This document shows, one piece after another, positions 62,085-64,000 of a DNA stretch of 64,000 nt. The position numbers and the translations under genes were made by a program. Source of the DNA: Octopus bimaculoides (taxonomy: Eukaryota); assembly GCF_001194135.2 (NCBI RefSeq), contig NC_068995.1, positions 50,246,762 through 50,310,761 of the forward strand. The letters run 5' to 3'. The notes beneath the pieces were generated by a model. It was not told the DNA's origin. It did not search any database and worked only from the letters and a program-made list of their open reading frames with translations. The first letter of the stretch is position 1; each line of letters opens with the position of its first letter.

Positions 62085-62410
62085 ACTATTAAAAAAAAAA
62101 TTGTTATGGAATGGTTTCCATGGCTGGATACTCTACTTTGTGCTAACCACTTAAAAGAGTCTGCTGGGTGCTTTTTACATGCCACTGGCATGGGAGTGCT
62201 TATGCAGCCCTGGCATGGGTGCGTTAATGCCGCACTGGCATGGGGTGCTTTTCAAGTGGCACCAACAACTGAAAGGACAAGCCTGAAAGTATGGAAGACA
62301 GCGATTTTACTTAGCTTGGTGCATCTTATCAAGTACAGCAAATCGCCACATCCCCCAGTCCCTTGTCATTTCCTTAGTGGAACCCAGCATCTTAAGATTC
62401 TTTCTCACCA
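62085..62410 (-). mobile_element. RTE LINE 3' end (coding tail plus subrepeated UTR)
   Basis: KVVRKNLKMLGSTKEMTRDWGMWRFAVLDK* resembles the RTE ORF end (VVKxDLRxLGL..EM..DR..WR..V). Confidence 0.7.
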
Positions 62411-63896
62411 CTTTGATGGGGCTCCATATACAGTTTCTCTGTACCAATTCTCCTCACAAGGCACCAGCCAGTTTAAGGCTATAGTAGAAGACACTTGCAA
62501 AAGGTGGCATGCAGTAGGATTGAACCAGAAACCATGTGGTTACAAAGTTAACTTCTTAACCACACGACAATGCCTGCACCTGAAGAGATTTTATCCACAT
62601 ATTGGTTTGATCCAGAACAATTTTTCAATTTTTCTATTCTATCATGGATGGCAGAGGCTCAGAAAATTATGTCATTTGTATATGAACTCTTTGGGTACAT
62701 GCTTTTAGCTGCTAGATGCTATCTCTGTTTAGAGAGCTTCAATGTTGTAAGTTGACATAAGAGACACAATAGCTAAATCTCTCTAAATTATAATGTTCTG
62801 TTGTTAAATAAGAAAGGACTTATTTATTGGATAACATGGTTTTAGATAACGTCTGAAAATAAAACAGGATCATTATAAGTTGATGATAAGATCTGTTCAG
62901 TCAGAGTTGACCTGGGGTTAAACAATGAGCCACAAAGCAGAAAGTGGTGCTTGTTGTCAGCTAGGTAGACTGAGATAAAGCAGTGTGATTTATTTATATT
63001 AGTTTTTAGAGGAGGTGCATTGGCTATGTATGACCTTTGATTGACCTCTCAGACTAGAGAGAGAGTTATGCAGTTGATGTTTAGTTTTTAATATCTATAG
63101 GGTAAAAAGAAGTAGGCAGGTAGGGAAAGAATCTAGATAGGATCTTTGCAGGAGAGGAAGAATTTGAACAAAGTGATTAGTAAGGGATCAGGGATGTTAA
63201 GACATCAGAAGAGTGTCGAAGGGAAGGGAGATGAGTGTGTGTGTGAGGCTGGGTATAACTCAAGATCTTTTGTATGTGTAGCAGAGCCAGACTAGCAGTA
63301 AGAGTCTATAAAATACTTATGTTGGCAGTTGTAGTGATTTAGTATGTGCAATAATTTCCACAATTCTATGTAACAATTTTGAGCAAAAGGAGAACAGAAA
63401 GAAAACAAACACAAAAAATATTAGGAAAAAGAAAAGAAAAAAAAAAAGAGAAGAATCGAAGAAATTCCAGTTATGCAAAATATCTAGAAAATGCCAGCTG
63501 GTGAGAAATTATCTTGTTTTGTTTGTTGGTAATAAAAACTTCTTTTAGGAATTTCATCGGCACTCAAACCTGTTGATGGTGGATTTCTTGATTGGGGAAG
63601 ATGACTAATTAGATGTTGCTTCATTAGATATTTACCAAGATAAAATGGTTAAACAGTACAAAAGCTCCCCAGAAATATATGTTAATGTTAATGATTTTTT
63701 ATAGAGGGGACAGAGCCAGAATTTTTTTTTTTAAAGGAGGAAGGGAGGAGAGGGGGGTACAGTGAATTATATGGCCCCTGGTATATGAACTGCTACTTTA
63801 TTAGATCAACCAAGGAAGGATTAAAAGCAAAGTCAACTGCAGCAAGGTTTGAACTCAAGAATGTAAAGAACTAATTAAATGCCACAAAAAATTTTC

Positions 63897-64000
63897 TCGT
63901 GGCTGTGTGGTAAGTAGCTTGCTTACCAACCACATGGTTCCGGGTTCAGTCCCACTGTGTGGCATCTTGGGCAAGTGTCTTCTACTATAGCCTCGGGCTG
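63897..64000 (+). mobile_element. Young family-C SINE 5' end, cut by the window edge
   Basis: gtggctgtgtggtaagtagcttgcttaccaaccacatggttccgggttcagtcccac. Confidence 0.8.

Overview
Eukaryotic, AT-rich draft-assembly window with 10 N-gaps and very dense microsatellites and SINEs. The repeat families and tails look like an octopod cephalopod (Octopus sp.; inference). Three spliced protein-coding genes were rebuilt by hand from GT-AG sites and reading phase. (1) DNAAF4/DYX1C1 (dynein axonemal assembly factor 4), minus strand, first 4 coding exons (3829->464), running off the left edge, with an RFX X-box just upstream of its ATG. (2) A complete 7-exon TM6SF1-like EXPERA-domain membrane protein gene, plus strand (7275-19419, 401 aa), head-to-head with DNAAF4. 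(3) An SHB/SHD/SHE/SHF-family SH2 adaptor, minus strand (at least 5 exons, 51670->29044, 478 aa visible, 5' end not found), convergent with TM6SF1. The rest is introns and UTRs filled with tRNA-derived SINEs, RTE/CR1/RLE LINE fragments, mariner, pogo-like and piggyBac-like MITEs, and simple repeats. No prokaryotic system, CRISPR array, rRNA or true tRNA gene was seen. Best leads: a 4x tandem YExPWD+helix module array in the adaptor, with a candidate SH2-less or poison exon right after it; a three-gene linkage mirroring human 15q/19p paralogous regions; retroelements repeatedly embedded in (TA)n and (TTA)n tracts; and a 2x2 combinatorial shuffle of SINE modules. None is proven novel without database searches.
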